Shown piece after piece: positions 53,801-64,000 of a stretch of DNA of 64,000 nt. Positions within the stretch are counted from its first letter, which is position 1. Each line of letters begins with the position of its first letter. A model generated the notes under the pieces. That model did no database searches, was not told where the DNA came from, and was given only the letters and a program-made list of their open reading frames with translations. The translations under genes and the position numbers were made by a program. This DNA comes from Eledone cirrhosa (Eukaryota), in NCBI GenBank assembly GCA_964016885.1, contig OZ024756.1:11532001-11596000 (forward strand), written 5' to 3'.

Positions 53801-54461
53801 ACAGTTTCAAAACATCTCTTTTAGATAATAACAAAAAAAAGATGAAATGATAACCAAAGTTCCAATAACAAAACAATAAAAATATAACCAAACGCTGTGT
53901 GAAGTCCCCCCCCCCCCCCCGAATTTTCTAACTTAAATGCCAAGGAATCTCCCCCTCTCCCGCTCCCCCTCTCTTCTCACTACTACCACCTCTACTCCCT
54001 CTAAATCATAAAACTATTTCCACAGTTTATCCCTATTTTTTTCTTCTTCATGTCCAAGTAAACCTGACTTTTATTAGGGTCCCCATATAACAAAGTGTGG
54101 TAAGATACCAGGAGGACCATAACGCATCATAGTACTCAATACTTGGGGTAGTAGAGTGGGTAATATGAAAAGATTCATATCTAACTGGATCTAGCTGTCG
54201 AAACCACCGGAGCTCAGCTGTCGGGCTCCTGAATCTTCATATACATAAATTAACGATGTAGAAAGCTGAGAAAATAATTGCAATTGCTTATAAGATGGCT
54301 TATAAAAATGGGGTAAAGACCCCCCTAGAAACAGATGTTGTGGGTGGCTTGAGATATGGAGTTGTTTTTATAGGGGCCACTAGCATCATTTTCTGCCTCA
54401 GTCCAGCTGCTGATTTACACATCAAGCTGCATTTAGTGTAGTCTGATCAGGTTCCTTATGC

Positions 54462-54682
54462 TTAACCCTTTAGCATTTACATTAGTCTATACTTACTATT
54501 GTATTTTTGTGGTAAAGGTTTTTATTTTACATAATTATCTATCTAATATCAAATCTATGAGATTTTGATGTCATTTATTTTGAGAACAATACCTTAATAT
54601 AAGTATGAGCAGCCAGTTATGGCTGGTTTGAACAGGAGGAGGTGAGAGAGAGATATGGCCGGTTTAAATGCTAAAGGGTTAA
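54462..54682. mobile_element. piggyBac-type MITE
   Basis: TTAA-flanked CCCTTTAGCATTTA TIRs. Confidence 0.85.
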
Positions 54683-54824
54683 GCTGCTTCAATGTTTGTA
54701 TATCCCTTGGGAGTAATGTTATATCTACCCTTCAGTGATTTGTATAACATACTCTCTATATTTCTCTGAATGAGATCTTTTAACAGTCTCTTTTCATTGA
54801 GATGTTATGTATATCTGTGACAAA

Positions 54825-54876
<52 letters not shown>

Positions 54877-54999
54877 TTTATATATATTTATAGTTATATA
54901 TATTTATAGTTATATATATTTATAGTTATATATATAGTTATATATATATATAGTTATAAATATTTACTAGTTGTAACCCAACAATTTAAATATAACTTT

Positions 55000-55060
<61 letters not shown>

Positions 55061-55279
55061 GGAGGTGAGTTTTATTGTAGTACAATAAAGCAATGCAGAT
55101 ATATTCCTCCCCCTCCACTTTTTACTCTCATCTCCTCCTCTTTTTCATCCTTTCCACCCCACCCCCCGCTCAAAAATCCCCCCCCCCCAATATCACACAT
55201 CAATCTAAAACTACTTTTCATATGTTAATTTAAAACTGCACTATCCACAAGTGTTTTTAACCTTCATATCATGTCCTCC

Positions 55280-55350
55280 TATTTTATCTGATGAAAACAC
55301 AAATGTTATTGCATGGTGATATTTGTTTTTGAAATGCGCATAATAAAATA
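55280..55350 (+). ncRNA. Type I hammerhead ribozyme, family A
   Basis: TATTTTAT-CTGATGA-AAACACAAATGTTATT gcat GGTGATATTTGTTTTT-GAAA-TGCGCA-TA-ATAAAATA. Confidence 0.85.
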
Positions 55351-55533
55351 TATGGAACTCATTTAACCATCTTTTGATCTTATATATTATATATTATATA
55401 TATATATAATTATATATATATAATTGGTGTTGGATGCTTAAAGCGTCCATATGCGGACTCAATGCTCTCATAGAGCAGAGTATGATTTCACAGAAAAAAA
55501 GAGAATCAGTGTTGCGACAAATGTAATTTATTG

Positions 55534-55629
55534 GACATATTACAATCGTTTCTCTGGCGACCAGCTCGAGGCGCGATCGATGTGATGATCGAACCTGACT
55601 CTGAAAGTCGCAAGGTTCTCAGATATGTC
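55534..55629 (-). ncRNA. Hammerhead motif with CTGAGAA core variant (element about 55422-55690, inverted arms about 55488-55528 and 55647-55688)
   Basis: GACATAT-CTGAGAA-CCTTGCGAC...GTCGCCAGA-GAAA-CGATTG-TA-ATATGTC; 7-bp stem I. Confidence 0.7.
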
Positions 55630-55684
55630 TTGATTCTACGAAGCAGAAATTCCATTCGTCGCAACACTGATTCTCTTTTTTTAT

Positions 55685-55721
<37 letters not shown>

Positions 55722-55937
55722 GTTAAAGATGTACATCCATATATGTATACTGAAATACTAGTATGTATATGAATACACACACGTATACATATGTAGGTGT
55801 ACCAAGTTTTTTCACTGGTCACTTTACTGTGAGTGGCCAGCTATTCTGTATGTAAACACACAGACAAACCGGTTTTTAGAGTCATACTGGTTTTTGAGGA
55901 AACACCTCTCCTCTATTCTCCAGAAAGCCAGACAAGG

Positions 55938-55982
55938 AATATTGAACTAGTTTCGTTGTTGTTACAACTCATCAGCAATATT
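55938..55982 (-). ncRNA. Canonical minimal type I hammerhead ribozyme
   Basis: AATATTG-CTGATGA-GTTGT aaca ACAAC-GAAA-CTAG-TT-CAATATT; all stems Watson-Crick. Confidence 0.88.
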
Positions 55983-56617
55983 TACCTATCTTCCGGCCTC
56001 TCTAGAGAATCGTAAAAGCACATATCGTTATATGCTTTTTCTTTTTCTATGAAAATTAGTTGAGTACTTCCATACTTAGTGATCACTCAAGTCAGAGCAC
56101 TACTCTCTCTCTCTCTCTCTCTTAACCTAATTACATAGATTGCAGGATGACATCTCCAGTGCTGTTCTAGTGACCTAATGTATAATGGGCCTCACTACCA
56201 CCACTGCCACTAAACACCACCGCCACCACTGCCACTAAACACCACCACCACTACTGCTACTAAACACCACTACTACCACCACTACTACACCACCACCACC
56301 ACTACACCACCACCACCACTACACCACCACCACACTACCACTACCACTACTGCCACTAAACACCACCACCACTACTGCTACTAAACACCACTACTATTAC
56401 TACACCACCACCACTACACCACCACCACCACTACTACACCACCACCACCACTACACCACCACCACCACCACCAGTCCTGTTACCACTCTCACCAAAAGAA
56501 ACAGAAGCAGTTATAGTAATACACTTGGGAATGGTGTCTATCAACTAGATTAATTGCTTGTGTATGTGTGTGAGTGTGTGTGTGTAATCACATGTGTGTG
56601 TGTTTGTATATAATCAC

Positions 56618-56648
<31 letters not shown>

Positions 56649-56655
56649 CACACAC

Positions 56656-56696
<41 letters not shown>

Positions 56697-56903
56697 TATA
56701 TATACACACACATGAATATATATAGACAACTGCTGACACAAATGAAATAAAAACATTAATTAGTGTCTAGCAATGAGATGTTATTTATAGTAGCACTAGT
56801 TAACTCACTAACGTGTGTGTATGTGTGTGTGTATATTATATATACATGTCTGTATGTGTGTGTATATTATATATATATATATATATACATGTGTGTGTGT
56901 GTG

Positions 56904-56938
<35 letters not shown>

Positions 56939-56986
56939 GTCTCTGTGTGTATATATGTGTCTGTCTGTGTGTGTGTATCATTATCA

Positions 56987-57172
56987 TATTGGCAGTATCG
57001 GTAGAGGATCGGACGCCATGCTTTGCAGCATAGAGTTACGGCCCTTTACGATCTGAGTTCAAATCCCGCCGAGGTTAACTTTACCTTTCATCCTTGCGGG
57101 GTCGATAAAATAAAGTACCAGTAATGTACTGGGGTAATTGCTGGCCTTGTGTCAAAAAGTAGAAACAATTAT
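56987..57172 (+). mobile_element. SINE family 1
   Basis: Near full-length match. Confidence 0.85.
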
Positions 57173-57367
57173 TATATGTATACATGTCTCTGTGTGTATA
57201 TACGTTTGTGTGTGTGTGTATATATACTTGTCTGTATATATATATATATCTGTGTGTATTATCATATACATAGATGTGTCCGTGTGAGTGTGTGTGTGTG
57301 TATATATATACACATGTGTGAGTATACGCATGTGTATCATCATTAGCATTTATATATATATATATAT

Positions 57368-58225
57368 CTAGGGTGGGTAAAATTCCTTGAGATCCATGGA
57401 CGAGTTCGCTCCAGCGGTCTCTGGCCCTCATTATCACTGCCATGTCCTGCGTCTCCAACAGACCAGTGTCTGTCCTTAGGGCATCAACATACGTTAACCT
57501 TGGTCTTCCTCTTCCAGTGTGTCCATGTAGGGGCTCCCAAAGGAGTACTGAGTGCAATGTCAACTCTGGATGTCGGTGAGCATGTCCAGCTAACCTCAGT
57601 CTCCTCTGTGTCACTTTTGAGCTGACTTTTGGGAGGCTCCCATATAGCTCTGAGTTCTTAATCCTCAGTGTATACTGATTAATGTTCAGAGCCATCCTCA
57701 GCATTCTTGTGTAGCACCCATCCACCATCTGAGTGAGTTTCTTGGTCAGTGTCCAAGTCTCAGACCCATACAGCAGCACAGACTCCACTACAGCAATGAA
57801 GAGGCGGATCTTCAGGTCTTTAGGAAGGTCCGACTTCCACACCGATCTACAGCTGTGGCACGCCACCCAGGCTTTGCTCTTCCTCTCAACCACATCATCT
57901 TCCGATTTCCCAATCTTTGCTTCCAAATACAGGGAGTCCTCAACCAATTCTAGCGGCTTGCCGCCTACATTAGTAATCCCCTCTGGCTTCTCAACATTCT
58001 CTACCAGATATTTTGTTTTAGTCTCATTCATTCTCAGCCCCACACTCATCGACACAGTCTCAACCTCCCGCATCAAATCCTCTGCCTCCTTCACTGTATT
58101 TGTCACCAAAACTATGTTGTCGGCAAATTCAGCATCCAATGTCTTTTTCACCTTAACTCTCCTGCTCTGAGCCGGTGCTACAGTAAGGCCAGTGCGTGTG
58201 TCTGTATTGAAGTTGAACGTTGATG
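57368..58225 (-). pseudogene. 5'-truncated RTE-group LINE (second family), C-terminal RT region
   Basis: FADNIVL..GLRMNETKTK..SVLLYGSETWTL..YTRMLRMAL..RRLRLAGH..GRGRPRLTYVD within the 57081-58802 ORF; the flanks of that ORF are microsatellite. Confidence 0.88.
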
Positions 58226-58767
58226 ATGATTGATGTCTGTCTGTGTGTGAGTGTGTGTATATATATATGTGTGTGTTAGTGTGTATATATATGTGTGTGT
58301 GTGAGTGTGCATATGTGTGTGTGTGTGTATATGTATGTCTGTGTATATATATGTGTGTGTATGCGTATATATATGTGTGTGTGTGTTTATATATGTGTGT
58401 GAGTGTGTATATATATGTATGTGAATGTGTGTATATATGTGTGTGAATGTGTATATATATGTGTGAATGTGTGTATATATATATGTGTGTGAATGTGTTT
58501 ATATATATGTGTGAATGTGTATATATATATGTGTGAATGTGTATATATATATGTGTGAGTGTGTATATATATGTGTGTGTGTGTGTATATATATGTGTGT
58601 GTGTGTGTGTATATAGATATGTGTATGTGTGTGTGTATATATATGTGTGTGTGTGTATATAGATATGTGTGAGTGTGTATATATATATATATATGTGTGT
58701 GTGAGTGTGTATATATATGTGTGTGTGAATGTTTATATATATGTGTGTGTGAGTGTATACACACCTA

Positions 58768-60040
58768 CAGGGTTTGGCATAATTACTGTTACAAAATATC
58801 AAGTGGATTTAATTCATAATATAAATTACTTAGTTATTGATCTTATTGCTCAAATATTGACCTCGTACTATAAACTGTTTTTGGAGGTTATTTTAAGGAT
58901 TCATTGCAGAAATGTTCTTAGAATTGATAAGAAAAATTATAGTTGAACAGCCTGAAAAAAGGAAGATGTCACCTCGGAGTTTTAAAGCTGGAAAACAACT
59001 TGGAATTAACAGAATGTTCAACAAAAGGACCATCGATTGCTTCACAGGAACTTCAACAAAAGACAAGCCAAGATCAGGACGTCCTCGCACCTACAGGACC
59101 CCAAAACTTATCAAAAGCATGCATGAGAAAATCAAACGTAATCCAAAAGGGTCCTTGAGAAATATGGCGAAAGAGCCAGAGATTTCGGAGAGATCCATGA
59201 GGAGGTTATTTAAAGATGATCTCAAGATGTTCCCCTACAAGATACAGAAGAGACAACAAGTGACTTGAAAGAATTAAGCAATTGCTCAAACGGCTTAAAG
59301 ATGGCATGCTGAAGAACATAATCTTCATTGATGAGAAACTATTTACAGTTTAACAGATATTCAATCATCAAAACGATCGTGTTCTTTAAAAAAAAACCAT
59401 GATTCAATTCCCATCTGCTTATGGCAAATGCCTCCGTTCCCAGAAACTGGCATCAATTATGGTTTTATCTGCTGTTTTGGAAAGAGGGAAGTCCCCTCTT
59501 TTTTTTTGTCCTTGAAGGGATAAAAATTAACAAAGAAGTTTACACTAGAGACATCTGGTAGGTGTGATGAAGCTGTGGTGCAGAACCATGTATAGTGATG
59601 AACGATGGACTCCAACAAGATTATGACTGCTAGAGTAACACAACAGTGGTCTCCAGACCACTGTTGTGTCTTCATCACCAAGGCAGTATGGCCACTCTCA
59701 TCACCAGATATCAACCCTCTTGATATCAACCCTTGTGGTCAATTCTTGAGAATGAAGCCTGCTCTACTCCGCACCTCAATATTGAGTCTCTGAAGGCAAA
59801 ATTGGTGAAAGTATAGAACAATATTTCAATTGAAACCGTGTGTGCAGCCATCCGGGTTTTTACTAAGAGACTTCAAGGTGTTGTGAGAACAAAAGGGAAG
59901 AATATCAAATGAGATTTTATGGTGTTAATCAACATTTTATTAATTACTTTCTGTTACAATTTTTTTGTAGCTAGATACAACAAATATATTTAAGGAGTTA
60001 TAAGCATTTTCTTTTGTAACATCATTTATGCCGCACACAC
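58768..60040 (+). mobile_element. Decayed Tc1/mariner (maT-like) transposon, second family
   Basis: TA + cagggtttggcataattactgttacaaaa with a degenerate inverted partner at about 60012-60040; fragments KPRSGRPRT, IFIDEKLF, WPLSSPDINPLD; many stops. Confidence 0.85.
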
Positions 60041-60041
60041 A

Positions 60042-60081
<40 letters not shown>

Positions 60082-60086
<5 letters not shown>

Positions 60087-60284
60087 AACGAGTAGGTAGG
60101 ACCCCGACGGCTGAGCTCAAGCCGTTTCGACGGCTAATTCTGGACTAAATGTCCAGAATTAGCCGTCGAAACGGCTTGAGCTCAGCCGTCGGGGTCCTAC
60201 TCGTTCCTATTACCCACTCTACTACCCTAAGTATTGAGTACTTTTGTGCGTTATGGTCCACCTGGTTCCTTACCACATTTCCTC

Positions 60285-60290
<6 letters not shown>
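60082..60290 (+). mobile_element. Family F fold-back mini-element
   Basis: About 63-bp perfect palindrome arms around the taaat loop (60146-60150), then the tail. Confidence 0.8.
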
Positions 60291-60336
<46 letters not shown>

Positions 60337-60744
60337 GTGTGTGTGTATATGTGTGTGTGTATATATGTGTGTGTATATGTATGTGTGTGTGTGTGTATGT
60401 ATGTGTGTGTAGATGTATATGTGTGTATATATATGTGTATATGTGTGTCTGTGTGTGTTTGTATGTGTGTGTGTATATATATATATATGTGTGTATATAT
60501 ATATACGTGTGTGTATATATATATATATGTATGTGTGTATATATAAAGAATCAATTTTGCGTTTTGACAGAAATTAATAACACTTAAAAAAATAAACATA
60601 AAGAGTCAAATTCTGAGACGATATAAAGTAAACATACATGGTTTTACCATTATCTACACACACATGTGTGTAGATAAGCACATTAATATGTGTATCTATA
60701 TCTCTCAATCTACACCACAATCAAATATATATATATATATCTAG

Positions 60745-61042
60745 CTAGGGCAAGTAAAATTCCCGAGATCCATGGACGAGTTCTCTCATTATCGTAGCCA
60801 TCTCCTGTGTCTCCAAGTGTTCTTCGTCCTGTGTATACTGATTAATATCAGTATACACTGAGGACGAAGAACTCAGAGCTGTATGGGAGCCTCCCAAAAG
60901 TCAGCTCAAAAGTAACACAGAGGAGACTGAGGTTAGCCGGACATGCTCACCGACATCCAGAGTTGACACTGCACTCAGTGCTCCTGTGGGAGCCCCTGCA
61001 TGGACACACTAGAAGAGGAGACCGAGGTTAACATATGTTGAT
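60745..61042. pseudogene. Rearranged (inverted) fragment of the second RTE family
   Basis: 60745-60815 matches 57368-57457; 60870-61042 is the reverse complement of about 57480-57660; a hairpin lies at the junction. Confidence 0.8.
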
Positions 61043-61391
61043 ATCATCATCATCATCATCATCATTTTACGTCCACTTTTTCCCCCCTGCTTGCAAGGGT
61101 GGGACGGGAACTGATTCTGGCTTGATTTCTACAGCTGGATGCCCTTCCTAACACCAACCTCATTTACAGTGAGTGCTGGGTGCTTTTTTGCCGTGGCACC
61201 TCCACAACTACTTTGCAGTGGAATGATAGGGACCCCAGTCCCTATCATCTCATTTCTACAGCTGAGTAAACTGGAGCAATGTGAAATAAAGTGTCTTGCT
61301 CAAGGAAACAACACATCACCTGGTCTGAGAATTGAACTCACAACCTTTCGATTGCAAGGCCAATGCTGTAACCACTAAGCCATGTGCCTCC
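61043..61391 (-). mobile_element. SINE family 2, full length
   Basis: Matches 35745-36081. Confidence 0.88.
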
Positions 61392-61486
61392 ATATATATA
61401 TATAATTTAAAAAAAAAGGGGGGGTGGATTCCATACGAAACAGGTTATAGTTAAAAGTGAAGGTAAAAAAAAACACAGATTTATAT

Positions 61487-61911
61487 TTAACCCTTTAGCA
61501 TATAAACCAGTCATATCTGGCCAGAATTCTCTCACCTCTTTCTGTTCAAACCAGCTGCAACTGGCTGCTTATACATACTGATGTTAAGGTATTATTATCA
61601 AAATAAATAAATAAGGCGGTGAATTGGGAGTATCGGTGGAGGGTCGGATGCCATGCTTTCCAGCATAGTTATGTCCCTTTACGATCTGAGTTCAAATCCC
61701 GCCGGGGTTGACTTTGCCTTTCATCCTTACGGGGTCGATAAAATAAAGTACCAGTAATACACTGGGTAATTGCTGGCCTTGTGCCAAAAGTAGAAACAAT
61801 TATCAAAATAAATAATATTAAAATCTCATAGAATTGATATTATGTGAGATGAAGCCTTAACCATAAAAATACAATAGTAAATGTAGAATAATGTAAACGC
61901 TAAAGGGCTAA
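61487..61911. mobile_element. piggyBac-type MITE with nested SINE family 1 (61615-61803)
   Basis: TTAA-CCCTTTAGC terminus; SINE flanked by duplicated attatcaaaataaataa. Confidence 0.85.
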
Positions 61912-62553
61912 ATATTATTTTTTCTTTAATCTGGCAGAATGGATAATTTTATAATTGTTATATTAAATATAATTGGTTTTGATTGGTATAAACAATCTTA
62001 TGAAATATTAAATACTTAAAGTGTTTTTTCCCTGTATTCTGTGAGCAGTTTGAATATATGTGAACATATGGGACTGTGTATAATTGTGTATAATTGTATA
62101 TACCCTTTATATATATGATATAAAGAAGGAACTATGCTATCTATGTATGGGAGTGGGGATAGAGGGTGTATATTAAAAGATTGACATGTGTATAGAATGT
62201 AAATATAAATAGTTTTTGTAAGTTATGTGTCAGATTTTATAAACTCCTTTCAGGTCTTTCTTTTTCACTTCATTTCTTGAAGAAAGAGAAAGTAAGACAG
62301 TTTTATTGGGAAGTTAAACACAGAGAGAGAGAGAGAGTGGACAGACGATGTGGGAGAGAGAGGGGGAGACAAACATACAATGTGAGAGAGAGAGGGGGGA
62401 CAAACAGACAATGTGAGAGAGAGAGGGGGGGACAAACAGATACTGTGAGAGAGAGAAAGAGAGAGATAGGGGAGACAATGTGAGAGAGAAAGAGAGAGGG
62501 GACAGACAGACAGACAATGTGAGAGAGAGAGAAAGAGATAGGGGAGGCAGAGA

Positions 62554-62596
<43 letters not shown>

Positions 62597-62797
62597 TGTG
62601 AGATGCATTGAGAGAGAGAGAGAGAGAGAATGTGTGAGATGCATTGTGAGAGAGAGAGAGGAAGAGAGAGATATGGGAGACAGACACAATGTATGTGAGG
62701 GAGTGAGATAGGGGAGAAAGAGAGAGACAGTGTGGTAGAGAGAGAGACACTGTGTGGGAAAGGGAGGGAGATAATGTGTGAGAGGGATGGGGAGAGA

Positions 62798-62836
<39 letters not shown>

Positions 62837-62949
62837 TAGGGGAGAGAGGGGGAGAGAAATTAGATAAGGTTGCTTAGACAAAAGAACTATTCTGTGGGGG
62901 TTGTATTAGTGTGTGTTAGTGTGTGTGTGTGGCTATGCAAGTGTATGTG

Positions 62950-63624
62950 TGTTAAGTGCTGTGATTGTGTGTGTATGTGTGTGTTAGGTGCCGTGATTGT
63001 GTGTGTGTGTGTGTTAGGTGCTGTGATTGTGTGTGTATGTGTGTGTTAGGTGCCGTGATTGTGTGTGTTAGGTGCTGTGATTGTGTGTGTGTTAGGTGCT
63101 GTGATTGTGTGTGTGTGTGTGTGTTAGGTGCCGTGATTGTGTGTGATTGTGTGTGTTAGGTGCTGTGATTGTGTGTGTTAGGTGCTGTGATTGTGTGTGT
63201 GTTAGGTGCCGTGATTGTGTGTGTGTATGTGTGTGTGTTAGGTGCCGTGATTGTGTGTGTATGTGTGTGTTAGGTGCTGTGATTGTGTATGTGTTAGGTG
63301 CTGTGATTGTGTATGTGTTAGGTGCTGTGATTGTGTGTGTGTGTGTTAGGTGCTGTGATTGTGTATGTGTGTGTGTGTTAGGTGCCGTGATTGTGTGTGT
63401 GTGTGTGTTAGGTGCCGTGATTGTGTGTGTGTTAGGTGCTGTGATTGTGTGTGTGTGTTAGGTGCTGTGATTGTGTGTGTGTTAGGTGCTGTGATTGTGT
63501 GTGTGTGTTAGGTGCTGTGATTGTGTGTGTGTGTTAGGTGCTGTGATTGTGTGTGTGTGTTAGGTGCTGTGATTGTGTGTGTGTTAGGTGCTGTGATTGT
63601 GTGTGTGTGTGTGTTAGGTGCTGT

Positions 63625-63667
<43 letters not shown>

Positions 63668-63975
63668 GCTGTGTGTGTGTGTGTGTGTGTTGCTGTGATT
63701 GTGTGTGTTAGGTGCTGTGATTGTGTGTGTGTTAGGTGCTGTGATTGTGTGTGTGTGTGTGTGTGTATTAGGTGCTGTGATTGTGTGTGTGTGTGTGTGT
63801 ATTAGGTGCTGTGATTGTGTGTGTGTGTGTGTGTGTGTGTATTAGGTGCTGTGATTGTGTGTGTGTGTTAGGTGCTGTGATTGTGTGTGTGTGTGGTGCT
63901 GTGATTGTGTGTGTGTCTGTGTGGTGCTGTGATTGTGTGTGTGTGTGTGGTGCTCTGATTGTGTGTGTGTGTGTG
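62950..63975. repeat. Minisatellite ttaggtgctgtgatt(gt)n
   Basis: Constant 15-bp core with a variable (GT)n spacer. Confidence 0.92.
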
Positions 63976-64000
63976 TATGAACTATGTCATTGTGTGTGTG

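Noticed and set aside
62950-63975. Telomeric TTAGG repeats
   Set aside because: TTAGG is only part of a longer minisatellite unit and is never tandem.

Overview
Animal genomic DNA that is almost entirely repetitive. The SINE and LINE repertoire suggests a cephalopod, probably Octopus; this is an inference with no database check. No host protein-coding exon could be supported, and nearly all ORFs in the supplied track are microsatellite artefacts. Recognisable autonomous-type elements are a near-intact 5'-truncated RTE LINE (43253-46039), several LINE fragments, and two decayed Tc1/mariner transposons, one confirmed as DD37D (maT-type). Non-autonomous content includes two tRNA-derived SINE families, a TTAA/piggyBac-type MITE family and many minisatellites built from SINE or MITE pieces. 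The main observation is that the short unique-looking islands between (TA)n tracts are small non-coding elements from about ten or more different families. They carry type I hammerhead ribozyme (HHR) motifs, with about 20 complete or near-complete motifs read by eye in 64 kb plus several half motifs. Shared traits are palindromic stem III, compensatory stem II changes around a conserved pyrimidine mismatch, a conserved 3' bulged hairpin, and fold-back or short direct-repeat architecture. This looks like a very dense population of non-autonomous Penelope-like or retrozyme-like elements. No partner reverse transcriptase of that class is present in the window, and ribozyme activity is untested.
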